From contig JBBSHJ010000002.1 of the NCBI GenBank assembly GCA_038253135.1, positions 9,217-73,216 of the forward strand: 64,000 bases of DNA. Reading direction: 5' to 3'. Positions 38,624 to 47,880 of the stretch are shown one piece after another (within the stretch, counting starts at the first letter, position 1; each line of letters starts with the position of its first letter). Both the position numbers and the translations under genes were made by a program. The notes below the pieces were generated by a model. It made no database searches. It saw only the letters and a program-made list of their open reading frames with translations, and was not told the origin of the DNA. This DNA comes from Mycobacteriales bacterium (lineage in GTDB: Bacteria; Actinomycetota; Actinomycetes; Mycobacteriales; QHCD01).

Positions 38624-39535
38624 CTACCGCTCCGGTGCGGGGACGGCGCTGGCTGCGGCGTCTGGCCAGATCAGACCGAGGTCATCTCGAGCCTTTGCCG
38701 CTCGATACTCACGGGGCGACATGCCGGTGTAACGGCTGAACTGCCGGCTGAAGTAGGACAGGCTGGCGAAGCCGCATCGACGGGAGATGGCTCCGACCGG
38801 CTCGTTCGTCGAGGCAAGAAGGACCCGCGCGGAAGAAAGGCGTAGCCGCGTGACATATTGCACCGGCGTGCACCCGTGCACCCGCCTGACCAGTCGGGCG
38901 AGGTGGGCCCGGCTGACTGCGCTCAGCTCGGCGAAGCGGGGCAGGCCGCCCCGGAGGTTTGACTCGTCGGCCATGGCCTCACAGGCGTCGAGAAACCAGT
39001 CGGGTGCGAGGCTGCGCGTTCGCGCCTCGTCGGAACCGGCAGGCAGCGCCTGGATCGCTGCCGACCAGGCCGGCAGTAGCTCGACCGTGGTCCCACGTCG
39101 CTGATATGCCTCCAGCGCTCGCCGAAACGCCGTCTCGACGGTCGGCCGGCGGCTTTCGGTCAAGACGGCCGTAGGCGGCAGCTCCGGGTCGTCGTAACTG
39201 GCGGTGGGCAGCGCGCAGAGGTCGGCCAGCGCTCGCCACCGCGGCGCGGGTATCGCGATGTTGATGAAGGCGAAATCGGTCGAGTCGGCCCGGCCCGAGG
39301 CTCGGAAGTGGTGGCGGTCAGCCGGCCGGACGAGCACCAGGCTCCCCGCGCCGAGGGTCTGCGTGGTGTCGTTGATCAGGTGATTGCCGGTGCCCGCCGT
39401 CACCAGGAAAAACTCGAGGAAATCCGCATGCGTGTGTATCGGCGTGCTCCAGCGCGGCGAGCTCGCCCGCACCAGCGCGGCGTGATAGTCACGGCCCGCG
39501 GCCACGCTGACGAAGCGGATCGGGTGCACCGCCAT
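38624..39535 (-). CDS. AraC family transcriptional regulator with N-terminal cupin domain
   Basis: ATG 39535. C-terminal AraC HTH (TNEPVGAISRRCGFASLSYFSRQFSRYTGMSPREYR). Confidence 0.85.
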   Translation of the reverse strand: MAVHPIRFVSVAAGRDYHAALVRASSPRWSTPIHTHADFLEFFLVTAGTGNHLINDTTQTLGAGSLVLVRPADRHHFRASGRADSTDFAFINIAIPAPRWRALADLCALPTASYDDPELPPTAVLTESRRPTVETAFRRALEAYQRRGTTVELLPAWSAAIQALPAGSDEARTRSLAPDWFLDACEAMADESNLRGGLPRFAELSAVSRAHLARLVRRVHGCTPVQYVTRLRLSSARVLLASTNEPVGAISRRCGFASLSYFSRQFSRYTGMSPREYRAAKARDDLGLIWPDAAASAVPAPER

Positions 39536-39649
39536 GCGCGAATCGTACAAGTATCTGCGTCGCATCTTCAACTGCAACGGTTGATGGGTGCAAATCGTTC
39601 AACTAGCGTGGGCAGCACTCGATCACCGCGCCGAATCAAGGACCTGGTC

Positions 39650-40423
39650 ATGACGATGACGGACCGCTCGCACACTGCCCACCAACCACGGCTGGAGCCG
39701 ACTGAGGTCGAGCACTTTCACGAGCATGGCTACCTGCTCTTGCACCGGCCGGTCTTCGCACCGGCCGAGCTGGGCCGGCTCTATGAGCTCATGCAGGAGC
39801 AGCTCGACGCCAAGGGCGACAAGCTCTCCGACGAGCTCGACACACCACATTTCCGCGAGCCGCGGTTGCTGGATTTCCTGCTCTCCGACCGGGTGCTCGA
39901 TATTGTCGAGCCGATCCTCGGTCCAGACATCTTCCTGTGGTCGAGCCATTTCATCATCAAGGCTCCGCTGGTCGGCCGCGACACTCCCTGGCACGAGGAC
40001 TCGGCGTATTGGCAGGGTCGGCTCAGCGACTATTCCAAGATTGCCACGCTCTGGCTGGCGATGGACCCGGTGTGGACGGGTAACGGCTGCATGCGCGTCG
40101 TCGATGGATCGCACCAGGGCGGCGGCTTCTCGGCCTACCGGCCGCTGGCCGACCGGAGCAAGCACACCTTCGGATCAGAGATCTCCGCCGACATCGACGA
40201 CAGCAAGGTGATCAATTTCGAGCTGTCGCCCGGCGAGGCATCGTTGCACGACGGCCGGATCATGCACGGGGCCACGGCCAACACCAGCAAGGTGCGCCGG
40301 GCCGGCTACACGATGCGCTACATGGCCGCCACGACCAAGGTCGTCCCCGAGGCCAATCCCGGCTTCCGGATCTGGCTGGCCCGCGGCCAGGACCGCGCCG
40401 GCAACCATTACGAAAACGCGTAA
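39650..40423 (+). CDS. phytanoyl-CoA dioxygenase (PhyH) family oxygenase
   Basis: ATG 39650. TPWHEDSAYW (HxD) and SLHDGRIMHGATAN. Divergent from the AraC gene. Confidence 0.82.
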   Translation: MTMTDRSHTAHQPRLEPTEVEHFHEHGYLLLHRPVFAPAELGRLYELMQEQLDAKGDKLSDELDTPHFREPRLLDFLLSDRVLDIVEPILGPDIFLWSSHFIIKAPLVGRDTPWHEDSAYWQGRLSDYSKIATLWLAMDPVWTGNGCMRVVDGSHQGGGFSAYRPLADRSKHTFGSEISADIDDSKVINFELSPGEASLHDGRIMHGATANTSKVRRAGYTMRYMAATTKVVPEANPGFRIWLARGQDRAGNHYENA

Positions 40424-40599
40424 CCCGGACCACTGTCGGATTGGGTGGTCACGACCGGGTTTATCCACACCGGCGAACCGGGTGGTGTGGGCTGCGATCT
40501 GCGATGTCGGCCCGTCGTACGGGCTGGATGGCCGGTCATCTGCAAGGTCGACGGCTCATGGGCTTGGATCGCCGGATATCTGGTCCGCGTCGGGCGGTC

Positions 40600-41748
40600 T
40601 CAGCCCTGTCGGCGCAGGAGGTAGATCTGGGGCCAGTGGCCCTTGTGAAAGACGCTGGTCGCGCTCACCAGCGAAAGTCGATGCTCACCGCGCAGAAACT
40701 CCTGCATGACCGGCATTTCGGCCGTGAGGATGCAGATCCGGCCACCGGGCAGCGTCGCCTGGATTGCCCGCTCCAGCACGGAGGCGTGCAGCGCGACCAG
40801 ATCGGAGCGTCGCCCGGATTTGTCGCCCCACGGCGGGTCGGCCAGCACGACGTCCCACGGTTCGGCGCCGGTCGCCCCGGGATCGGTGACGTCGCCGAGC
40901 GAGCAGGCAGCGCGGCCGGAAAGCCCGGCCGCGGCAAGATTTTGCCGGGCACCGTCGACAAAGCTCGCATCCACGTCAATTCCGAATCCGGCCGCCGCCG
41001 GCGCCGTCAGCAGCCGCTCGATCAGCAGCGTTCCCGTGCCGCACATGAGGTTGAGGACGAGATCGGCCCTTTTGGGATGCGTCAGCAGGGCCATCGCCGC
41101 GGCAACGGTTGCGTTGGCGCCGGCCGGATGATCGGCGACCCGCCACGGCCGGGCCGACAGCGGGCCGCTCGACAGCCGGACCAGCACGTCCCACCCCGGG
41201 CCGTCGAGCGAGCGGCGTACCCGCACCTGGCACTCGCCGTCGTCCGGGCGGTAAGGCAGGCCGGCCTCATCGGCGAGCGCTGAGCCCAGCCGTTGAAAGA
41301 CCGACGAGTCACTGCCGGCGGCGTCGAAGCGGAACGACGCTGGTGGCGGTTTATTGAGCCGGCTAACGATGTCGATGACTGCCGCGATCGCGCGTAGCTT
41401 CGGCCCGTCGATGAGCGACTTCGGCCGGGGCACGTCGAAACTCAGGACGCGGTACGGCGCGACGACGGTCCGCAGCGCGAGCAGCGGTGCGAAGGATCCG
41501 GCGAGGTCCAGCCGCACCGTGTCCTCACGGCCGGGTATCGCCGCGACATTGCTCGCGCCGGCAAGGCTGCGGGTGACCTCGGTGGAGACGATATCGCGCA
41601 GCCCGGGCAGGCAGACGAGCTCGACCGCGACCGCTGGCTGCGCGGGCCGGGTCGGCCGCCGCTGGCCGGCGGCTCGCGAGCGTGCCTTCGGGCGAGGGTG
41701 TCGTGTCACGTCGCCGCGCGTGTGGCGGGCGTGCGGGTGGGAATTCAC
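40600..41748 (-). CDS. THUMP-like/UPF0020-type SAM-dependent (RNA) methyltransferase
   Basis: GTG 41748 overlaps the stop of the upstream kinase-like gene (GTGA). Motif I LNLMCGTGTLLIE and motif IV DPPWG. Confidence 0.6.
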   Translation of the reverse strand: MNSHPHARHTRGDVTRHPRPKARSRAAGQRRPTRPAQPAVAVELVCLPGLRDIVSTEVTRSLAGASNVAAIPGREDTVRLDLAGSFAPLLALRTVVAPYRVLSFDVPRPKSLIDGPKLRAIAAVIDIVSRLNKPPPASFRFDAAGSDSSVFQRLGSALADEAGLPYRPDDGECQVRVRRSLDGPGWDVLVRLSSGPLSARPWRVADHPAGANATVAAAMALLTHPKRADLVLNLMCGTGTLLIERLLTAPAAAGFGIDVDASFVDGARQNLAAAGLSGRAACSLGDVTDPGATGAEPWDVVLADPPWGDKSGRRSDLVALHASVLERAIQATLPGGRICILTAEMPVMQEFLRGEHRLSLVSATSVFHKGHWPQIYLLRRQG

Positions 41749-42689
41749 GACCCGAGACTAGGCCACTGCGGGCCCTGGGATCGGTAGACCTTGCCGGCCC
41801 GGTCGACGTCGGCGAGCGTGCGGTCAGGGTCGAGCCCGAGCCCCGCGGCCGCCTCGGCCAGCGCGGCCCGGTCGGCCTCGATGGTCTCGTCGTAATGGTC
41901 CGGCTGCGCGACCCGGAAGGCGCGAAATCGCAGCGCAAAGGCGTACCCGAGCCGGTCCATCAGCGTCAGCAGGTGCGCCTCGCCGGCCGCCGGACCTCTC
42001 GCCGCGGCGTACGCCTCGACGAATGCCTCCCGCTGCTCGCCCGCCCAGAGCTTGACGTCCCAAAGCAGCGGGCCGCGCGTCACGGCGCCCCAGTCGCGCA
42101 GTGCCAGCCCGTCCTCGGTCGCCACGAGCTCCGGGCCGTCGCCGTAACACGCGCCCCAGGTCAGATCGGCGCGGAAAACCCCTTCCAGTGCGGCTCGCGA
42201 CGCAGGCACGATCACGTCGCGCCAGGGATACCGTGCCGCGTCGTCGCCGAGGTAGCCGACCATCGTGTCGGGCGCCTCGACGTCACCGAGCGCCTGGTGC
42301 ACGGCTGCGAGCACGCGGGCAGCATCGGCGATGCGCTCGCCGGCCGCGAGCCGGCGGCCGTCGATCCACGGCAGCAGCGCGAGGGGGTGCCGCTCGCCGT
42401 TGACGCTCGGGGTGAGCACCGTCAACGATCCGCCGGAGGCGGGCACCGCCGGCGCCGTCTCGATGCTGGTACGCCGGGCAACCGCGGCCGCGGCGCGCAG
42501 CCCCGGCTCGACGGCCGCGGGCAGGTCGTAGGTCAGCTTGGCGGCGTACCGCCGCCCGGCCGCGTCGGTGACGTCGAAGACATCGGACGTCACGCCGTCG
42601 TGCGCGATCCGACGCACCGTCAGCGGCTCGGCCAGGTGCCAGGACGCGACGAGCGACGCCTCGACGGCCTGCGGCCGGGCATGCTGCAT
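41745..42689 (-). CDS. phosphotransferase (APH/choline-kinase-like) family protein
   Basis: ATG 42689. The kinase-like fold is inferred from GRRYAAKL and the LRDWGAVTRGPLLWDV region. The catalytic loop looks degenerate. Confidence 0.5.
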   Translation of the reverse strand: MQHARPQAVEASLVASWHLAEPLTVRRIAHDGVTSDVFDVTDAAGRRYAAKLTYDLPAAVEPGLRAAAAVARRTSIETAPAVPASGGSLTVLTPSVNGERHPLALLPWIDGRRLAAGERIADAARVLAAVHQALGDVEAPDTMVGYLGDDAARYPWRDVIVPASRAALEGVFRADLTWGACYGDGPELVATEDGLALRDWGAVTRGPLLWDVKLWAGEQREAFVEAYAAARGPAAGEAHLLTLMDRLGYAFALRFRAFRVAQPDHYDETIEADRAALAEAAAGLGLDPDRTLADVDRAGKVYRSQGPQWPSLGS

Positions 42690-42720
42690 CGCCCGAGCAG
42701 ACCACGCAAGCGCCGACTTG

Positions 42721-43524
42721 TCAGCCGTATACCTGCCGGTGCCGCTGCACCACGGTGGCAACGGTCTGCTCGCCGGGCGCCGACCACACCGACTCGTTGA
42801 AGATCTCGACCTCGACTAAGCCGTCGTACCCGGCCGCGTACGCCGCGTCCACCAGGCCGCGGGTGTCGATGCACCCGTCGCCTACGTGAGCGCGCCCGAG
42901 CAGTGCGCCGGCGGGCAGAGGCGTGATCCAGTCACTGACCTGCACCAGCGCGATCCGACCGGCCGCCCGGGCGATCTCCGGCAGCACCCGCGGGTCCCAC
43001 CACACGTGATAGGTGTCGACGACCACGCCGACCTGCGCGGGCGGATGCGGCGCGGCCAGGTCGATCGCCTGACCCAGCGTCGACACGACACCGCGGTCGG
43101 AACAGAACATCGGGTGCATCGGCTCGACCGCGAGCCGCACGCCCGCGGAGGCGGCGTACGGCGCCAGTGCGGCGATCTCGTCGCGCACTCGGGCCCGCGC
43201 GCCCGCCACGTCCGTGCTGCCGGCGGGAATGCCGCCGCACACCAGCACGAGCACCGGGCAGTCGAGCGCGTGGCATTCCTCGACGGCGCGCCGGTTGTCG
43301 GCCCGGCTGCCATCCGGCACGGTGAAAAAACCGCCCCGGCACAGGCTGGTCACCATCAGGCCGGATGCCCGCACCAGCCCGGCGGCACGGGCGAGGCCCG
43401 TCCCGGCGACGCTGTCGCGCCACAGCCCGACCCCCTCGATTCCCACCTCGGCGCAACCGCGCAGCAGCTCCGGCAGTTGCCAGTGCTTCGTCGTCGCCTG
43501 GTTCAGCGCGAGCGGCGGGATCAT
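42721..43524 (-). CDS. sugar phosphate isomerase/epimerase (xylose-isomerase-like TIM barrel)
   Basis: 267 aa. LAVEPMHP and VDTYHVWWD motifs. Confidence 0.82.
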   Translation of the reverse strand: MIPPLALNQATTKHWQLPELLRGCAEVGIEGVGLWRDSVAGTGLARAAGLVRASGLMVTSLCRGGFFTVPDGSRADNRRAVEECHALDCPVLVLVCGGIPAGSTDVAGARARVRDEIAALAPYAASAGVRLAVEPMHPMFCSDRGVVSTLGQAIDLAAPHPPAQVGVVVDTYHVWWDPRVLPEIARAAGRIALVQVSDWITPLPAGALLGRAHVGDGCIDTRGLVDAAYAAGYDGLVEVEIFNESVWSAPGEQTVATVVQRHRQVYG

Positions 43525-44714
43525 CCGTCGAAACCCGCGCTCACCACGAGCAGGCGCCGCATGCGCTCGGCGGCGAGGTCGGGGTCAGGCAAGAGGCCCG
43601 CGGCATCGGCGAGCCGGAACAGATCCACCAGGTGCGGCACCGAGCGCGCCGACTGCGCAGCGCCGATCATCGTGAAATGGTCCTGGTGCCCGGCCAGCCA
43701 GGCGAGGAAGACGATCCCGGTCTTGTAGTGGTAGGTCGGCGCCTCGAAGCACTTGCGGGCCAGCGGCACCGTCGGCGCGAGGATGCCGTCGTACGCCGTC
43801 CGGTCACCGGAGTCCAGCGCCCGCAGGGCGCTTGCCGCAGCCGTGGCGATCGGGTCGAAGATGCCGAGCAACGCATCGCTGTGACCGGCGGCGTCACCGG
43901 CGATGAGGGCGGGGTAATCGAAATCGTCGCCGGTGTAGCAGCGCACGCCGGCCGGCAGGCGGCGGCGCAGCGCGATCTCCCGATCGGCGTCCAGCAGCGA
44001 GATCTTGATCCCATCGACGACGTCGGCGTGCGACTCGATCAGCTCGACCACGACGTCGGTGGCGGCATCGAGATCGGTCGAGCCCCAGTAGCCCGCCAGC
44101 GCCGGGTCAAACATCGGCCCGAGCCAGTGCAGGATGGCCGGCGCCCGCAGGCCGCCGAGCACCGCGTCATACACCTTGTGGTAGTCGTCCGGCCCGCGAG
44201 CCGCGGCCGCGAGCGCTCGGCTGGCCATCAGGACGACGGTCGCGCCGGCGTCGGTGACGACCGCGACCTGCTCCTCGTAGGCGTGCAGCACGTCGTCGAC
44301 CGACGGAAAACCGTTCTCCCTGCGCGGCCTCCTCAGTCGCTGCGCGCCGCGCTCGTTCCTCGCGCGGGTGCTCGCTCCGTCGTCGACCGACGGAAAGTCG
44401 AGCTGGTCGGTGCCCGCGCCGCACGCGAGGCGACCGCCGACCGATCGCGCGTCCGCGCCGCTGCGCCGGATGAGCTCCCTGGTGCTCGCCCAGTCCAGGC
44501 CCATCCCGCGCTGGGCGGTGTCCATCGCGTCGGCGACACCGAGGCCGAGTGACCACAGGTGGGCACGAAAGGCCAGGGTCGCGTCCCAGTCGAGCGCGGC
44601 CGGCGCGCCGGCGGAGCGGTCGGCGAGCGGATCGGCGACGACGTGCGCGGCGGCGTAGGCGACCCGTGACACCGGTGCTGTCGCGCCGGTCGGTACGGGC
44701 AGCGGGTCGCGCAT
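43521..44714 (-). CDS. DUF993 family protein, carrying an in-frame 29-codon repeat-element insertion
   Basis: ATG 44714. AMDTAQRGMGLDW region recalled as DUF993. Usual partner of Gfo/Idh/MocA and TIM-barrel isomerase genes. ATGA overlap with the downstream gene. Confidence 0.65.
   Translation of the reverse strand: MRDPLPVPTGATAPVSRVAYAAAHVVADPLADRSAGAPAALDWDATLAFRAHLWSLGLGVADAMDTAQRGMGLDWASTRELIRRSGADARSVGGRLACGAGTDQLDFPSVDDGASTRARNERGAQRLRRPRRENGFPSVDDVLHAYEEQVAVVTDAGATVVLMASRALAAAARGPDDYHKVYDAVLGGLRAPAILHWLGPMFDPALAGYWGSTDLDAATDVVVELIESHADVVDGIKISLLDADREIALRRRLPAGVRCYTGDDFDYPALIAGDAAGHSDALLGIFDPIATAAASALRALDSGDRTAYDGILAPTVPLARKCFEAPTYHYKTGIVFLAWLAGHQDHFTMIGAAQSARSVPHLVDLFRLADAAGLLPDPDLAAERMRRLLVVSAGFDG
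44291..44396. repeat. copy of the 80-87-bp repeat family inside the DUF993 CDS: 68-nt core flanked by perfect 19-bp direct repeats
   Basis: CGTCGTCGACCGACGGAAA occurs at 44291-44309 and 44378-44396 (spacing 87 nt = 29 codons). The core aligns with units at 7075-7247. The shared peptide ASTRARNERGAQR appears in the ORF track at both loci. Confidence 0.85.
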
Positions 44715-44752
44715 CCGGACCGGTTCGCGCACCCCCGGCAGCCGGATCAGCG

Positions 44753-45904
44753 TCACAGCCTGAGGTCCGGAACGGCCAGCCGCCGGCCGGTGCGCGCCGA
44801 CTCCATTCCCAGCTCGGCGAGCTGCACGCCCCTGGCGCCTGCCAGCAGGTCCCACGCAAACGGGGTGTCGTCGACGACCGCGCGCAGGAACATCTCCCAT
44901 TGCACCCGGAAGCCGTTGTCGAATTCGGCGTTGTCGGGCACCTCCTGCCACTGCGACCGGAAATCGATCGGCGAGGGCAGGTCGGGGTCCCATACCGGTT
45001 TCGGCGTCGCGGACCGGTGCTGCGCGCGGCACCGCCGGAGCCCGGCGACCGCGCTCCCCTCGGTCCCATCGACCTGGAATTCGACCAGCTCGTCCCGGAA
45101 AACCCTGGTCGCCCAGGAGGAATTGATCTGCGCGACGATGCCGCCGTCGAGTTCGAAGATCGCGTACGCCGTGTCGTCCGCGGTGGCGTCGTACGCCTCG
45201 CCCTGCTCGTCGTACCGCACCGGAATGGCCGTCGACGTGTGCGCATAGACGGACCGGACCGGGGCGATGGTCTGGTCGAGGACGTAGCGCCAGTGGCAGA
45301 ACATGTCCTTGGTGATGCCGCCGCCGACCTCGGCCCGGTAGTTCCACGACGGCCGCTGGGCCTCCTGCCAGTCACCTTCGAAAACCCAGTAGCCGAAATC
45401 CCCGCGCACCGACACGATCCGGCCGAAGAATTTCCCCTCGACCAGGCGCTTGAGTTTCCGTAGGCCGGGCAGGAAGATCTTGTCCTGCACGACGCCGGTG
45501 ATGACGCCGGCATCGGCGGCCGCGCGGGCGAGCTCGACGGCCGCCTCCGTGGTCTCGGCCACCGGCTTCTCGGTGTAGACATGCTTTCCGGCCTTGATGG
45601 CACGGCTGATCGCGTCGGCGCGGGCACCGGTGACCTGCGCGTCGAAATAGACCCCGACGTCCTCGCGGCCGAGTGCTTCATCGAGATCCGTGGTCCATTC
45701 CGTCAGGCCGTGCCGCTCGGCCATGTCCCGGAGTTTCCGCTCGCTCCGCCCGATGAGGATCGGATCGGGGATCAGGCGCCGCCCGTCGGTGAGCGGCAGA
45801 CCACCGGATTCACGGATGGCCAGGATCGAGCGGATGAGGTGCTGGCGGTATCCCATCCGACCCGTGACACCATTCATCGCGATCCCGACCCTGCAGATGT
45901 CCAC
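44753..45904 (-). CDS. Gfo/Idh/MocA family oxidoreductase
   Basis: GTG 45904 after GGAGGA. N-terminal Rossmann RVGIAMNGVTGRMG. Confidence 0.88.
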   Translation of the reverse strand: MDICRVGIAMNGVTGRMGYRQHLIRSILAIRESGGLPLTDGRRLIPDPILIGRSERKLRDMAERHGLTEWTTDLDEALGREDVGVYFDAQVTGARADAISRAIKAGKHVYTEKPVAETTEAAVELARAAADAGVITGVVQDKIFLPGLRKLKRLVEGKFFGRIVSVRGDFGYWVFEGDWQEAQRPSWNYRAEVGGGITKDMFCHWRYVLDQTIAPVRSVYAHTSTAIPVRYDEQGEAYDATADDTAYAIFELDGGIVAQINSSWATRVFRDELVEFQVDGTEGSAVAGLRRCRAQHRSATPKPVWDPDLPSPIDFRSQWQEVPDNAEFDNGFRVQWEMFLRAVVDDTPFAWDLLAGARGVQLAELGMESARTGRRLAVPDLRL

Positions 45905-45927
45905 GTAACGTCCTCCGGACCGACTTG

Positions 45928-45941
45928 GGAAAGCGCTTTCC
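45928..45941. promoter_or_regulatory. perfect 14-bp palindrome GGAAAGCGCTTTCC, LacI-type operator candidate
   Basis: Centred in the 54-nt divergent spacer between the oxidoreductase operon and the LacI gene at 45959. Confidence 0.55.
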
Positions 45942-45958
45942 ACACGTAAGGTAGGGGC

Positions 45959-47125
45959 ATGCCGACGACGGGGTCAAGGAGCGCGGGTCGCGGTTCGTCC
46001 CGTCCGAATGAACGCTCTCGCGGCCTTTCGGCGGGTCCCCGCGGCACCCGCGCGGTGACCTTGAGCGACGTCGCGCGGCATGCTGGAGTATCCCTCGCCA
46101 CGGCGTCGCGCGCCCTGAATCCGGGAAGTCGAACGGTTGCCGACGGCCTGCGGGCGAAGGTGGCGACGGCGGCGGCCGAGCTCAGCTACGTCTCCAATGG
46201 CCCGGCGCAGGCGCTGGCCCGGGCCCGGACGTCGATCGTCGGAATGATCGTGCACGACGTGCAGGACCCCTACTTCTCGGCCATCGCGGCGGGCTCGATG
46301 CGGGTGGCGCGTGAGCACGGGCTGATGGTCATGCTCGCCAGCACCTTCCGCGACCAGGACCTGGAGCTCGATTACGTCGAGCGGCTCCGGGCCCAGCGCG
46401 CGCGGGGGATCGTGCTGGTCGGCAGCAGCACCACTCAGCGGAGGTTCACCGAAAGGCTCGGCCTGGTGGTCGCGGCCTACGAGGCCGAGGGTGGCCGGAC
46501 GGCGTCGCTGAACCGGGAGAACCTCGGCTCCGCGGGCGTCGTGGTCGACAACAAGGGCGGTGGCCGCGACGTCGGGCGGCTGCTGCTCGGACTGGGTCAT
46601 CACCGGATCGGCGTGGTGGCCGGGCCGCGGCACCTCGTGACCAACAAGCACCGGCTGGCCGGATTCGGCCTGGCGCTGGCGGACGCCGGCGTCGAGTTGC
46701 CCGACGACGCGGTCGTGGAGGGAGACTTCGGCCGCGAGGGCGGGGCCGAGGCGGCGGCCCGCCTGATCGAGCAACGACCTGACCTGACCGCGATCTTCGC
46801 CCTGAACGACTTGATGGCGCGGGGATGCCTGATGGCATTGTCGAGCGCCGGCCGCGTCGTGCCCGATGACGTGTCCGTCGTCGGCTTCGACGACCTGCCG
46901 GTGGCCTCGGACACCGCTCCGCGGCTGACGACATTCCGGTTGCCGCTGGAGGAGATCGGCGCTCGGGCCATGCGTCTGGTGCTGCGCGACGAGGCCGAGC
47001 CGCGCCACATCGACCGGGTGAGAGGGGAGTTGGTCGTGCGGGAGAGCACGGCACCACCACCCCACGTATCCGGGCGCGGCGGGCGGAGTCGACGGCGCAC
47101 CGATCGACGCGAGGGCACGCCGTGA
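45959..47125 (+). CDS. LacI family transcriptional regulator
   Basis: HTH VTLSDVARHAGVSLATASRALN. Sugar-binding domain. Confidence 0.9.
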   Translation: MPTTGSRSAGRGSSRPNERSRGLSAGPRGTRAVTLSDVARHAGVSLATASRALNPGSRTVADGLRAKVATAAAELSYVSNGPAQALARARTSIVGMIVHDVQDPYFSAIAAGSMRVAREHGLMVMLASTFRDQDLELDYVERLRAQRARGIVLVGSSTTQRRFTERLGLVVAAYEAEGGRTASLNRENLGSAGVVVDNKGGGRDVGRLLLGLGHHRIGVVAGPRHLVTNKHRLAGFGLALADAGVELPDDAVVEGDFGREGGAEAAARLIEQRPDLTAIFALNDLMARGCLMALSSAGRVVPDDVSVVGFDDLPVASDTAPRLTTFRLPLEEIGARAMRLVLRDEAEPRHIDRVRGELVVRESTAPPPHVSGRGGRSRRRTDRREGTP

Positions 47126-47880
47126 TCTCGCCGGGACTGTGCTCGGTCACCCTGCGCGATCTCGACCCGGCCGGCGTGATCGACGTCGTACGCCGGGCCG
47201 GTTTGTCCTGCGTCGAATGGGGCGGCGACGTGCACGTCCCGCCGGGGGACCTGGCCGCGGCCTCGGACGTGCGGGCGCGGTCCGAGGATGCGGGCGTCGC
47301 GATCGCGTCGTACGGCTCGTATTTCCGCGCCGGCGTGCACGATCTCCTCGACGCCAACGCGATCCTCGACACGGCCGCCGCGCTGGGCGCGCCGCGGGTG
47401 CGGATCTGGGCGGGCGACGTGGACTCCGCGGACGCGAGCGCCGCGCAATGGACGTCGATCGTCGCGTCGGTTGCCGGTGTCGCGGAGGCCGCCGCCGCGG
47501 CCGGTCTTTCGGTGGGGCTGGAATTTCATCGCGGCACCTTGACCGACACCGCCGGATCGACGGCCCGCCTGCTGCGCGAGCTGCCGGAAACGGTCAGCAC
47601 CTACTGGCAGCCGCCGGTCGGGCTGACCGACGACGAAGCCCTCGCCGGGCTCGACGAGGTGCGGGGCCGCGTCTCCACCCTGCACGTCTTCAGCTGGTCC
47701 CCGACCGGGAAAAGGCTGCCGCTGCGGCACCGGGAAACCCTGTGGCACCGGGTCTTTTCCCATATCAACGGCGCGCACGACGGCCTGCTCGAATTCGTGC
47801 CGGACGACGATCCCGACGGCGTGGTCCGTGACGCGCGGACCTTGATCGGTCTCGTGCGACCCGAGGAGCAGCCGGCGTGA
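47122..47880 (+). CDS. sugar phosphate isomerase/epimerase family (TIM barrel) protein
   Basis: GTGA overlap with the lacI stop. CVEWGGDVH..LEFHRGTL. Confidence 0.75.
   Translation: MISPGLCSVTLRDLDPAGVIDVVRRAGLSCVEWGGDVHVPPGDLAAASDVRARSEDAGVAIASYGSYFRAGVHDLLDANAILDTAAALGAPRVRIWAGDVDSADASAAQWTSIVASVAGVAEAAAAAGLSVGLEFHRGTLTDTAGSTARLLRELPETVSTYWQPPVGLTDDEALAGLDEVRGRVSTLHVFSWSPTGKRLPLRHRETLWHRVFSHINGAHDGLLEFVPDDDPDGVVRDARTLIGLVRPEEQPA

Noticed and set aside
40465-40490. Hairpin CCACACCGG-CGAA-CCGGGTGGTGTGG as a terminator between the PhyH and methyltransferase genes
   Set aside because: The stem is imperfect (bulged) and there is no U-tract on either strand. Too weak to annotate.
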